Of a stretch of 58,901 bases of DNA, positions 8,942 to 18,600 are shown one piece after another. The notes beneath the pieces are model-generated. The model saw nothing but the letters and a program-made list of their open reading frames with translations. It ran no database searches and was not told the DNA's origin. Origin of the DNA: a virus (Duplodnaviria; Caudoviricetes). The position numbers and the translations under genes are program-made. Positions within the stretch are counted from its first letter, which is position 1. The number at the start of each line of letters is the position of its first letter. The stretch spans positions 1 to 58,901 of IMG/VR virus record IMGVR_UViG_3300025632_000005. One strand, written 5' to 3'.

Positions 8942-9234
8942 TTCCATCTCCTCCTTGCTTGACAGATTCTTTTATTTGGTGTCTTTTTACAGTTAACATT
9001 ATGCATCTTGGCTTGACCCGCAGACCGTGCACAAAATGACTTTCTTCTTTTCGCAGATTTACTACCCTTTGCGACTTTACCAGTAACAGCAGTTTTTAAT
9101 TTAGAACCCGGATTAGCACGACGATAAGCGGCGACACCTTTAGCCGACATACCTGCGCCTTGTTTCGTAGGTCTAAAGTTACCAGATTTGACACTGGACT
9201 TTATGCCCATGCCTTTCTTTTTACGAGTAGCCAT
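8935..9234 (-). CDS. Small Lys/Arg-rich conserved phage protein
   Basis: Start revised to MATRKKK; YRRANPGSKLKTAV...RRKSFCARS...ARRRWKC. Confidence 0.7.
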   Translation of the reverse strand: MATRKKKGMGIKSSVKSGNFRPTKQGAGMSAKGVAAYRRANPGSKLKTAVTGKVAKGSKSAKRRKSFCARSAGQAKMHNVNCKKTPNKRICQARRRWKC

Positions 9235-9238
9235 AAGT

Positions 9239-9514
9239 CTAGCCAGTAAAGACTGTACCAGCTGCACTTGTAGGTACAGTTATATGTAAATTTGTTTCGT
9301 AACGAATACCAGCATCTTCAATATACTGATCCGTTGCGCCACCACTATTAAGTTGAACTTTTAAAACAATGTCACCAGTAGCGCCACCATCTCTTAATGT
9401 AAGTTCTTTAATAGATGTAGAATTATTTACAAAACTATAGCCTCTTATACGACCAGAACTTGAATCAATCGTACCAGTAGCTGAAACAAAACTTGATTTT
9501 ATATTTGTTGCCAT
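9239..9514 (-). CDS. Small structural protein downstream of the capsid gene
   Basis: AAGGA RBS; beta-rich composition. Confidence 0.6.
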   Translation of the reverse strand: MATNIKSSFVSATGTIDSSSGRIRGYSFVNNSTSIKELTLRDGGATGDIVLKVQLNSGGATDQYIEDAGIRYETNLHITVPTSAAGTVFTG

Positions 9515-9525
9515 ATTTAATTCCT

Positions 9526-9559
9526 TATAAATAAAAGGGGCTTGTTAAGACCCCTTTTA
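9526..9559 (-). terminator. Rho-independent terminator after the major capsid gene
   Basis: AAAAGGGG...CCCCTTTT stem-loop followed by a U-rich tail on the minus strand. Confidence 0.75.
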
Positions 9560-9568
9560 CTAGTTAGA

Positions 9569-10507
9569 TTATGCTCCCGCAGAACCGTAATATGATCTCC
9601 AGTCACTGAAACCAAAGCTATATCTTTCTCTAGCTTTGAATCTCAAGTTACCAGTATCAAAGTCTGGTTCCATTTTTGTAGCTAATGGTGCTCTTACGAA
9701 CATTTTAGCTCCGTTTGGAACATCGGTTTTAATGAAGTACGCATTGGTATCTGTAAACCTATGATTTACAAAGTAGCCTTTAGGAAGCATACTCATTGAA
9801 CGTACTGCATTAACATCGTTCAAGTTTGTAGCTCCATTTGCTGCTGTGGTAGGATTCACACCAATCGAAGTTGACAGTGTACTTGCTAAGATTTTCTCAG
9901 CTGTAAACTGTAGATTCGGTGGAATGTGCAAAGATTCTGCACGTGTACCAGTTAAGATACCTCTGTCGTCTTGTGTATTTTGAATAGCAATCAAGGCAGT
10001 TTCTAGTGTAGCTTCAGATAAGTCTGATGCTGCTAGTAAGTTGTCTTGAGTACCACCCACGACAGGGTGACTGTTAGAGAAGAATGCAACTCCGTCTCCT
10101 CCAGCAAAGTTTGCGTTAAAACCATTGTTAAACACATTTGCGGCTTTTACTTGTTTAGTAGTAGCCATTGCTCTTGCAAGACCTCTTGCACGTACTTTCG
10201 CAAAAGTATCATACAAATTATCTTCCATTGCTTCCTCAGTAACTGCGAAAGCTAAAGCAACTGTTTCGTGTGAGTAACGGCTAGTGAATGACTCTGAAGC
10301 AGAATCATACTGCACCGCTGCACCTTCTGATTTAGTTGGTGCTTCACCGAAACCAGTGAAAAGAACTTCTTCTTCAAAAGCTCTATCCGAGTTTTCAGTC
10401 TCAAACAAAGATGCGTGTTCGTCATCTATTGAGCCATACTCCAATCCAAAGACTGCGTTTAGTCCAGGAAGGAGCTGTTTAGCGATATTACCTCTATTTA
10501 TAGCCAT
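9569..10507 (-). CDS. Major capsid protein (HK97 fold, Mu gpT-like family)
   Basis: MAINR..IAKQLLPGLNAVFG, SDRAFEEEV, K.EG, EEAMEDNLY, KARERYSFG..DWR; GGAGG RBS; followed by terminator. Confidence 0.85.
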   Translation of the reverse strand: MAINRGNIAKQLLPGLNAVFGLEYGSIDDEHASLFETENSDRAFEEEVLFTGFGEAPTKSEGAAVQYDSASESFTSRYSHETVALAFAVTEEAMEDNLYDTFAKVRARGLARAMATTKQVKAANVFNNGFNANFAGGDGVAFFSNSHPVVGGTQDNLLAASDLSEATLETALIAIQNTQDDRGILTGTRAESLHIPPNLQFTAEKILASTLSTSIGVNPTTAANGATNLNDVNAVRSMSMLPKGYFVNHRFTDTNAYFIKTDVPNGAKMFVRAPLATKMEPDFDTGNLRFKARERYSFGFSDWRSYYGSAGA

Positions 10508-10520
10508 AATATATTCCCTC

Positions 10521-11117
10521 CTATGCTAAGTCGGCAATCGAGACCGTGGAACCAAGTCCGTAGTGATCTCTATGCTGGTTAATTTTAACTTCAATATTTG
10601 GGAATGCATCAGTTGCGGCTTCACCCGGTAACGTAGACCTTCTCAAAAGTCTTAAAGTCTTTGCTTGAACAGAGCCTGATCCGCCTTTTAAGCTAAATCC
10701 AGACATACCTGTGATTGTAGATCCAGCACCTAATGATACATCCATGTTCAAGTGAAGCTGAGTGTCTGCCACTGAAGCGCCTGCTTGAATTTCGAATGTA
10801 GCATTTGGATCATCAATGACTAAAGCTTTCGCTTCACCTTGTCCGTGATGAACTTGACCTGCTGGAAAGTAGTTATTAAAGGTTGGTTGCTTTGTGTTTG
10901 GATCAACCCAATTAGCACCCATAAAAACTCCTGCAACTAAATCCGTTGCGGCTGAGACTTTATGCACCTTGCCACTAACAATCTTTACCAAGTCACCTTG
11001 GAAAATTGCAGTCGCATGAGCTGCCTTTACCCCATACTCATTCATACCACTGGTATTATAAGCACCGCCACGCATTCTAGAAGGTTGGAGTCCTCTAAAG
11101 TTTTTCGATGTTGCCAT
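10521..11117 (-). CDS. Capsid decoration / minor capsid protein
   Basis: Start revised to MATSKN (GGAGG RBS); IFQGDLV, GVFMG and DDPNATFEIQ; directly upstream of the capsid gene. Confidence 0.6.
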   Translation of the reverse strand: MATSKNFRGLQPSRMRGGAYNTSGMNEYGVKAAHATAIFQGDLVKIVSGKVHKVSAATDLVAGVFMGANWVDPNTKQPTFNNYFPAGQVHHGQGEAKALVIDDPNATFEIQAGASVADTQLHLNMDVSLGAGSTITGMSGFSLKGGSGSVQAKTLRLLRRSTLPGEAATDAFPNIEVKINQHRDHYGLGSTVSIADLA

Positions 11118-11168
11118 CTCTTCCTCCTTCAAAAGTAAGTGTTTAAGTTAAATTTTAACCGACACCCT

Positions 11169-11669
11169 TTATTTATCAAAGTGTGTTGGTCTACCTGTGG
11201 TAACTTTTGATCGACTGTTGTTAGAGATTGGCATACGAGGATCATTCTTACTCATAAGCTGTCTGTTGATTGCATCAGTTTGGGATTGTGTAAACTCATC
11301 TACATGTTGTTTATATCCCTCTTGATTTTCTATAGTGTTTGTTGCTAAAGCTACATCACCACGGATAACAAGTTTACCGAGACTACCTACAGCTTGGTTT
11401 TGGAAACCAGCACTGAGTTCAGGAACATCTTCAGGTCGAACAAAGTCCCACCCTTCAAATTGTTTTTCCTGTACATTCTGATCATCATACTGACCCTTCA
11501 GAGAAACTCTGATCCATCTAAGGATAAGTCCTTTTTCTTTGAATCTATTAGTTACCTCTTCAGGAACCTTTAACCAATTCTTCTTTTGATATACACCTCT
11601 TTGTTTTCGAGCTGTACTTTGCGCTGAACGAGTCGCTACTTTTACGTCATTTGTTTTTGGTGTAGTCAT
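11169..11669 (-). CDS. Conserved head-module protein
   Basis: LRWIR...EGWDFV..EDVPE...GDVALA; lies between scaffold and decoration genes. Confidence 0.65.
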   Translation of the reverse strand: MTTPKTNDVKVATRSAQSTARKQRGVYQKKNWLKVPEEVTNRFKEKGLILRWIRVSLKGQYDDQNVQEKQFEGWDFVRPEDVPELSAGFQNQAVGSLGKLVIRGDVALATNTIENQEGYKQHVDEFTQSQTDAINRQLMSKNDPRMPISNNSRSKVTTGRPTHFDK

Positions 11670-11696
11670 ATCAATTATTACCTTTCATTATCCACG

Positions 11697-12671
11697 TTAT
11701 ATATTTACTGTAGTGTAGTCATTCCCGGCTTTCTCAACCTTCGCTTTTTCTTTAGCATACACATCAAGCGGTACTCCCATCTTTTTAGCAAGACGGACAT
11801 CTTCTTGAGATAGTCTTATCTTACCTTTGGATGATGCCGAAGTACGTGACTTTCCAGCAACCACTTGAGCAGGTTTGTTTGTTGGTTCTTCCTGCTGACC
11901 AAACTTGTGAGGCATTTCTTTTTTTAGCCTTTTACTTATCTCAGTATAGAACTCTTCACTCTCTGGATCAAAGCCCTCTTGTAATAAATCTTCATTTATA
12001 ATATGTGCGGCTTGTGTAGTAATTCTATCTTTATTATACCACTCACTATTATCAGATATCCACTCCCTAGCTAGCTTGTGTAGCTTTGCTGGTTGTTTAG
12101 CTTCTTGAGTTGGTTTAGCTTCTTCTTCTTTTTTAGGCTCAACCGTTTCAGTTTTCTTTGCCTGATCGTCCATATAGAATCTTTTAGCATCAACCATTCT
12201 AAGTTCAGTCGTTGCATCGGCAATAGCTTTCTGTGCATCAAGAAGTTTATCCTTATCACCTGAGTCATAAGCATTCTTATATCCTTCTTCAGCAAGTTTA
12301 AGCTTATCTTTAAGTTGATTCTCATAACTAACTAAACTAGCCTTCTCAGTTTCTTGAACCTTTTGTGTTGAGTTTTGAAGTTGTGATTGTAAATCAGCTA
12401 TCTTTTGCTCTTGAGCTTCAAGTTGTTCTTCTCTCTCTTTACGTTGTTTAATTAGTTGTCTTATTCTTTTTTCAGCACCAGCCGTATTGATACCATCAAG
12501 TTCTTGAGGTTCAGAATCTTTTGATTCTTCTCTTTCTTCTTTCTTGGCTTCAACCGTATTATCTTCGACAGTCTCTTCGACTTCGTAGTTTTTATCTGGT
12601 TCTTCTTTTTGGGATTTAGTAACGTCTACTTCTTCGTAGCCGTCATCTTGTGTTTTGTTTTCTTCGTTCAT
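11697..12671 (-). CDS. Putative scaffolding protein
   Basis: Acidic N-terminus, long coiled coil, C-terminal LSQEDVRLAKKMGV helix; GGAG RBS; head module position. Confidence 0.7.
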   Translation of the reverse strand: MNEENKTQDDGYEEVDVTKSQKEEPDKNYEVEETVEDNTVEAKKEEREESKDSEPQELDGINTAGAEKRIRQLIKQRKEREEQLEAQEQKIADLQSQLQNSTQKVQETEKASLVSYENQLKDKLKLAEEGYKNAYDSGDKDKLLDAQKAIADATTELRMVDAKRFYMDDQAKKTETVEPKKEEEAKPTQEAKQPAKLHKLAREWISDNSEWYNKDRITTQAAHIINEDLLQEGFDPESEEFYTEISKRLKKEMPHKFGQQEEPTNKPAQVVAGKSRTSASSKGKIRLSQEDVRLAKKMGVPLDVYAKEKAKVEKAGNDYTTVNI

Positions 12672-12724
12672 TTTTTCTCCGTAGTTACGAGTTACGTTTA
12701 CGTCAACAATCTCATTATATAATA

Positions 12725-13147
12725 TTACTTACTGATATCCAAATAGTTAGGGTCAAGGTCTTTCGGGTCTGGTACAACCATTAATACTTGGTCATCAAAC
12801 AATAGAATCATTCTAATACCTTTGTAAGAGAATTTATCACCTTGATACTTACCATACACAACATAGTCGCCGGGTTTACACCATGCTCTTCCTTTAAACT
12901 TATCACGGTCAGCATAGGCAAGTTCGCCTACTTTTAAAACACGACCAATAGTTGTTAAGTATCGAGCATCATCTTTAAATTTATCTGGAAGTAATATACC
13001 TCCTTTAGTTTTTTCTCTAATAGACACTGGTCTAATCAATACATGATAACCAGGAAGATTAGGTAACACCTCTGGATCGGGTGATTCTTTATTAGTAATC
13101 CATTCGTCGTTGCCAGATATGGCTGTTGCTACTCCTGCTGCCTTCAT
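12725..13147 (-). CDS. groES: Co-chaperonin GroES (Cpn10)-like protein
   Basis: PGYHVLIRP...KTKGGILLP...GRVLKVG...KPGDYVVYGKY.G, Cpn10 signature. Confidence 0.85.
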   Translation of the reverse strand: MKAAGVATAISGNDEWITNKESPDPEVLPNLPGYHVLIRPVSIREKTKGGILLPDKFKDDARYLTTIGRVLKVGELAYADRDKFKGRAWCKPGDYVVYGKYQGDKFSYKGIRMILLFDDQVLMVVPDPKDLDPNYLDISK

Positions 13148-13148
13148 A

Positions 13149-13346
13149 CTAGTCTTCTTCTCCTTTTTCGTATAAGTTTTTTTCTGCTAATTTAAGTTCT
13201 TCGATAGCAATAGTCAAGCCTTCTATTATACCAACTTGATACTTATAGTCTGCATAATTTTCAGATGAACCTGTTGCTATTGTTTCACTTAAATTATTTT
13301 TAGTTGTCGTCAATTTCTCTCTAAGATAGTCAGCTACGGCATCCAT
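13149..13346 (-). CDS. Small conserved phage protein
   Basis: G...Y..YKYQVGIIEGL pattern; coupled to groES. Confidence 0.6.
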   Translation of the reverse strand: MDAVADYLREKLTTTKNNLSETIATGSSENYADYKYQVGIIEGLTIAIEELKLAEKNLYEKGEED

Positions 13347-13948
13347 ACTTCATGCCTTTCAAATAATTCTTTTTCTGACTCATACATAGCTTTTAAATAT
13401 TCTTCTTTTATCATAGCCTCTTGAACTGTTATAGACTTAGATGGATCTCTTCCACCTATAATAAGTTTACTATGTGTACGTATTGACGGCTCATCAAACT
13501 TTTCTTCAATACCATCCATAATCATGATCAGATCATCACATAATCTTTCCATATACCCAAACTGAATATAGGGATAATGATTTAAAGTATAGTGGTCATA
13601 ATAATCTTTTACCACATTCTTATTCTCTACTATTTTAGTCAGGAATGTTTCATAATCTTCGGCTTGACACTTTCGTTCAAGTCTAATGTCTTCTTGCCAG
13701 TTCCATTGATTACCATACTTGTTTGCTTTCTTTCTGGCTCTGTGATGAAACAAACTATGTACAAACGTCATAGGATGTCGTAGGAAAGCAAAAGGTTGTT
13801 TATGGGTGAATGGTGTATTATGTGAGTCATATATCGCATCACCGATAGCTTTAGCGCCCTCTACATAACTAAATAACATTTGTTTGATCCAACGTCCACC
13901 AGTCTTCGGTACGTGTATGAATACACTATTTTTAAGTTCTACTGCCAT
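13334..13948 (-). CDS. Sulfotransferase-family protein
   Basis: FIHVPKTGG (5'-PSB loop) and FLRHP...S (3'-PB motif); likely start MAVEL. Confidence 0.65.
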   Translation of the reverse strand: MAVELKNSVFIHVPKTGGRWIKQMLFSYVEGAKAIGDAIYDSHNTPFTHKQPFAFLRHPMTFVHSLFHHRARKKANKYGNQWNWQEDIRLERKCQAEDYETFLTKIVENKNVVKDYYDHYTLNHYPYIQFGYMERLCDDLIMIMDGIEEKFDEPSIRTHSKLIIGGRDPSKSITVQEAMIKEEYLKAMYESEKELFERHEVWMP

Positions 13949-14663
13949 GTATAAATAAAAAGTCGCCATCCGTTATGTCTGGCATTGTTATAGCTACTTT
14001 GACACCGTGTTCAGTATCTTTCACTGGTTGAAGTCCTTTACCCCTATGATTATAAAAACATTCATAGCCATGTTTAAAACAAAATTCAAAGGTTGTTTCT
14101 ACTGGATACTTGTTAAACTTATCATAAACCTCAATCATTAAGTTTGGTTTATCTCTTTCTATAACTTTCTCTCCACCTTCTAATACATCAAGTTCTGTTC
14201 CTTCTGTATCTATTTTTATAAACCCACACTTGTAACCATGTATAAGAGTCTTTGCATACATTGAATCAATGGTTCTTGTTTCTACAGTTATAGGTATACC
14301 ACTGACAAGATTTTGAAATGACGAGTTTGATAATCTTTTATCATCTACATAAAACTTTTGGTTACCTTCCATATTACTCATAGCCACATTGTGTGTTGTA
14401 ACATTATCGTACTCATCTTCTACCTTTTTTAGTTGATTGTAGACTGGAGGTACGGCTTCAAATGCAAATACAATATCGGCATGTTTAGCAAACCATCGTG
14501 TATATTGTCCAACACCTGCACCAATATCTAATACATAACTATTTTTAGGAATGTAGTCTTTGGTTTTACCTATTAAAAATTCTTTAGTATGTAAATCATA
14601 ATAGTATGGATTGAACACTCTTCGTTGTAACACTTCGTCAGAAAGTTTATCAGTTAAGTTCAT
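13932..14663 (-). CDS. FkbM-family SAM methyltransferase
   Basis: VLDIGAGVG, FAFEA and FIKIDTEGTELDVLEGG signature. Confidence 0.85.
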   Translation of the reverse strand: MNLTDKLSDEVLQRRVFNPYYYDLHTKEFLIGKTKDYIPKNSYVLDIGAGVGQYTRWFAKHADIVFAFEAVPPVYNQLKKVEDEYDNVTTHNVAMSNMEGNQKFYVDDKRLSNSSFQNLVSGIPITVETRTIDSMYAKTLIHGYKCGFIKIDTEGTELDVLEGGEKVIERDKPNLMIEVYDKFNKYPVETTFEFCFKHGYECFYNHRGKGLQPVKDTEHGVKVAITMPDITDGDFLFIHGSRT

Positions 14664-15651
14664 TTGGTTTCATTATCACTTGTAGTGCTATACGTTCCCC
14701 ATCTTCAACATGAGTTCCTCTATGCCAACCATGGTTCGGTTCAAATAATATAAAGTTAGTTTCGTCAGTTGTAAAGTGTTTTAATTTAGAATATATAGTT
14801 TCACTTGTATATTCACCATCTAGTAACTGTCTAGAAAAGTATGAATTTTTACGTGCCCATACTGGTAGTGTGGCATTAGACTTTCGTTGACTTGAGTTTG
14901 ATAGTGTATTTACTAACTGATTACTTTTACAGAATAACATTTCAACCTCATCAAAATACCATCTATGACTTTCTGGAACGTAAGCAAAAGGTCCGTTGTT
15001 ACTTTTAACTTCGTTTAAATATATAATAGTTTTTATATAACTGTACTTGGGATCTATGTGTAATGTGTACAGTTTATTCTTTGGTTTATTACGTTGGTCT
15101 CTTTGAAAGTATTCATTGAATGTATCGTTAGAATCACTGATGTGTAAGTTAATATCTGTAATTTCATACGGTTTTTGAATAAGATTAAGTTTAGAATATA
15201 TCGTATTTAGTTTCTCATGTATCTCATGTTGAGGTGGTAGGTTTGTTATTCTGTCTTGTATCCGTGTATCTCGTACTGGATTTCTTTTCTTTAAATCATC
15301 AATATCTTTTTCTAAACATTTAACAAGGGAATCCGTATCTATCGTAGTTGTATAATATCCTAAGTCATCAAATGTTTTAGGACCACTATATTTTATATTC
15401 TTAGATTTATCTTTAAGTGTAAAACCGTTTATTGCTGATGTAAGTTGTTTTTGTACTTGTTCATCTGATTTTATTTCTTTATGTAGTTGACCAACTCCAT
15501 CGATAAATGTTTCAATATTATTATTCTCTAAACCTTTTCTAAGTTTATCATAGACGATGGGATATTCGTGAGTGTTTGGTTCGTATTCAATGTCGCCAAA
15601 ACAAACGGTGGGATCTGGAATGACCACACCGTGTTGAGATATGTTATGCAA
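14650..15651 (-). CDS. PhyH-like Fe(II)/2-oxoglutarate dioxygenase
   Basis: LHID (HxD), IIYLNEV...NGPFAYVP.SH, distal WHRG and RIALQ. Confidence 0.7.
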   Translation of the reverse strand: MHNISQHGVVIPDPTVCFGDIEYEPNTHEYPIVYDKLRKGLENNNIETFIDGVGQLHKEIKSDEQVQKQLTSAINGFTLKDKSKNIKYSGPKTFDDLGYYTTTIDTDSLVKCLEKDIDDLKKRNPVRDTRIQDRITNLPPQHEIHEKLNTIYSKLNLIQKPYEITDINLHISDSNDTFNEYFQRDQRNKPKNKLYTLHIDPKYSYIKTIIYLNEVKSNNGPFAYVPESHRWYFDEVEMLFCKSNQLVNTLSNSSQRKSNATLPVWARKNSYFSRQLLDGEYTSETIYSKLKHFTTDETNFILFEPNHGWHRGTHVEDGERIALQVIMKPNELN

Positions 15652-18600
15652 TTTGATTACTATCTAAATTATATTTTTTAGAAATTTTACCTATACGTTT
15701 TTCAGTTGGTTGATCAACATCTGTATGATGTAATTTACGGTAGTATTCTAACATTGCTTCGTTATCACCTTCTTTTAAAACTTTTTTTAATAAATTATCT
15801 GATCCTTTTTTTTGAAACATATCTGCATAGAAAAGTATTTGCTGTTCTTTTTCACTAAGCTTTCTAGCATCTTTATGTTCTCTAGCTTCAACTGCCCACT
15901 GCGGTAAATTATCTTCACCAATAGTATTAGCCAAACGATTAACGGCTGTTACGACTGAATCCTCAGTAAACTGATATAGTCCTGCTGCCGTTGACTTAGG
16001 ATTCTTTGCTTTAGGATTAAAGTTACTTTCCATTTCTTGATGAAATTTATCAAATTTTTCTAGACGAGCTTTAACTTGTGGATCTGTTAATAGTTCTTCG
16101 CCTAAACGTGGTAAGTTTTTTTGTAGTACAGATTGTATTATTTTGTCATCATCTTGCATTATTTTTGTCCTTTCTTTTTGTAAGTCTGATAAATCAACTG
16201 GGTCTACTTCCTCAACATCAGGAATGTCTTTTCGTTCAACAGGAATGATAGGTGCTGTTACACCTCTTTCAGGTATTTCTGGTTGTGGTATTGGTTCTTC
16301 TTTTTGTAATATACCTTGAGCTTCCATTGCTTGTTCTAAAAAACCTTTAGGTTCAACCATAGGTTGTTTAATAGCAAGGTCTGCTGCCTGCTTAAATTCT
16401 TCTGCTGATGCTTGGGCAACTGAAGATGGCTGCATTCCTCTGGCTTGTTCAACGAATCCTCCCTCTTGAAATTTTTGTTTGTCAACTAATTTTAAAAGAT
16501 CCATTACTACTTTAGCTGTAAGGGTTTCATTTTTTTGTTTTTTACCTTCTTCTATCTTAGCTGCTTCAACCATGGCATCTATATTAATCTTCTTTTCTTC
16601 AAGAGCAAGTTCTTTATTTTCACGTTCTTGTCTATTTATCATAGATTGTTTTTGAATGTCTAAGTTCTGTTGCTCGATACTATCCAGTCCACCTTGCGCT
16701 GCTAACTGGTTCGCTGTTAGAATCTGTTTGGCTGACTCTGCCATAATCATAGTTAGACTAGCGCCTTGGTCTACTTGACCCTCTTGCGCTTTCATTAGTC
16801 CACCCATCTGTTCTTGGAATCTTAGAACCATATGTTCCCTGACGTTAGCCATTAGAATTGGTTCTACTTGTTTCATAATAGGGTTGGCACCATTTAGCGG
16901 GTCTTGTAAGTAAGAGGTCTTCACGGCGATGTGAGCATTGTGGTCTTGTCCTGGAAATGCTTTGATCGGCTGTCCACGTGTAGCCGACATGATATCCGCA
17001 AGTGGATCCTGCTGGACTGCCTGTTGAGGCGCATTCATGAATCGCTCTGGACTATCGACGTTAGCTGCGGCAAGAACCGCTTTGTTTACCTCTGGCATAT
17101 TGAAAGTTCCTGGTGGTGACTGTGAAGCCAACTGTAACATCAGCTGAGCTTGGGCGAGTCTGTGTGAGTTCGATGGGATGTTCGGATCACTAACAGGAAG
17201 TACATCGATACGACCATCAAAATCTTGCTTGAATACTTCGGCAGACTGTCCTATAATATCATAAGGATAAGCAGTCGGTAAAAACTCGTTGTTTATTCTA
17301 GCTAATATTTTAAACTCGTCTCTTTGAGACCTGTGGAGTCGTTTGTGAATTGCTGAAAAGAACTTACCTGATGCTTCTAATAATGCTAATGTCGTGCCAA
17401 CAGGACCGTAGTTCGTTGCATCAGACACTACTTGATCTGTCGTGTCAGCAAATTTCTGACCAGCAGTGGCTACATAGCCTAGCATTTGATAAAGAGTCTG
17501 AGACGGTTCTTTATAGGGAAGAGGAACAATGGATTTGCCCAAATCTAAACCCGTTGACTCAACATCACGAAACTCCCCCGGCATTATCGGAGAATTATCT
17601 CCCACAACTCTAACACCTCTGGCTTTGAAACCACCTGGTAAATTAGAGAATTGACCCGCATCTATTAGTGCTCTCATTGCTGCCGTTGCCGACATAGTAA
17701 GATTACCAAGGAAATGAATTAAACCTAGTCCATAGAATCCGAAACCTGGTACAAACTTGTAACTAACAAAGTGTTCTCTCTTTACAAATCGTGGATCACC
17801 GTCATTCCAGTTACGACGAATACTAAGAACCTTCTTAGAACTTTTATCTATTGTAACGATGTAGGGATAGGCTACACCAGTTGGACTGTTGAATGGTTCT
17901 GGTAAATCTAAATATAAATGTTGTTCAATTAATACATAGCTCGGGTCATACGGATTTTCATCATATGCCGATAGTCCCATAATCTGCTCTGCTTTAGATG
18001 TAATGTTACCTCTATCAGTTTGCTCTGGATCTCCCAAGTCTATTTCACTATACATACCTGCATCCATATCTTTTCTCAAATCATTTTCAGAACGATAGAT
18101 AATATGTGAATAACGATCGGCACGACGAAGGTCGGATACTAAATTAGATACGTGAAACTGATCGATAGGTATGAACTCTGATATAGGTCGTCCTAGTGTT
18201 TCATCGTAATAAACTTTTTTAACTGCTGTACCAATTAATGGTAAGTGAAATAACATTTTTTCAAACTCATCAAAATACTCTGGCATCTCCTCGGTAATTT
18301 GATAGTTCATGAAATCTTTTACACGTTGTGCTTGTTTCTCTTTCTCTGGTGTTGGTGATCCAACCATTTGAGTTTTAATTGGACCTTTACTTGGAAATAA
18401 TTCTTGTGATGCTTTGGATTGAAACTTGACGGCATTCTCTATAATTAATGGATGAGTTGCTGTACATGCACCATCAAATGGTTCTGTAGTTTCTTCTAAT
18501 TTTAAACCAAGTAAATCAAATCCTCTTTCAAATGTCTGCTCCCATTCTTCTCGTGAATCTTTATCAGATGTGAAGTTATCCATAACTGTTTGAGCTATGT

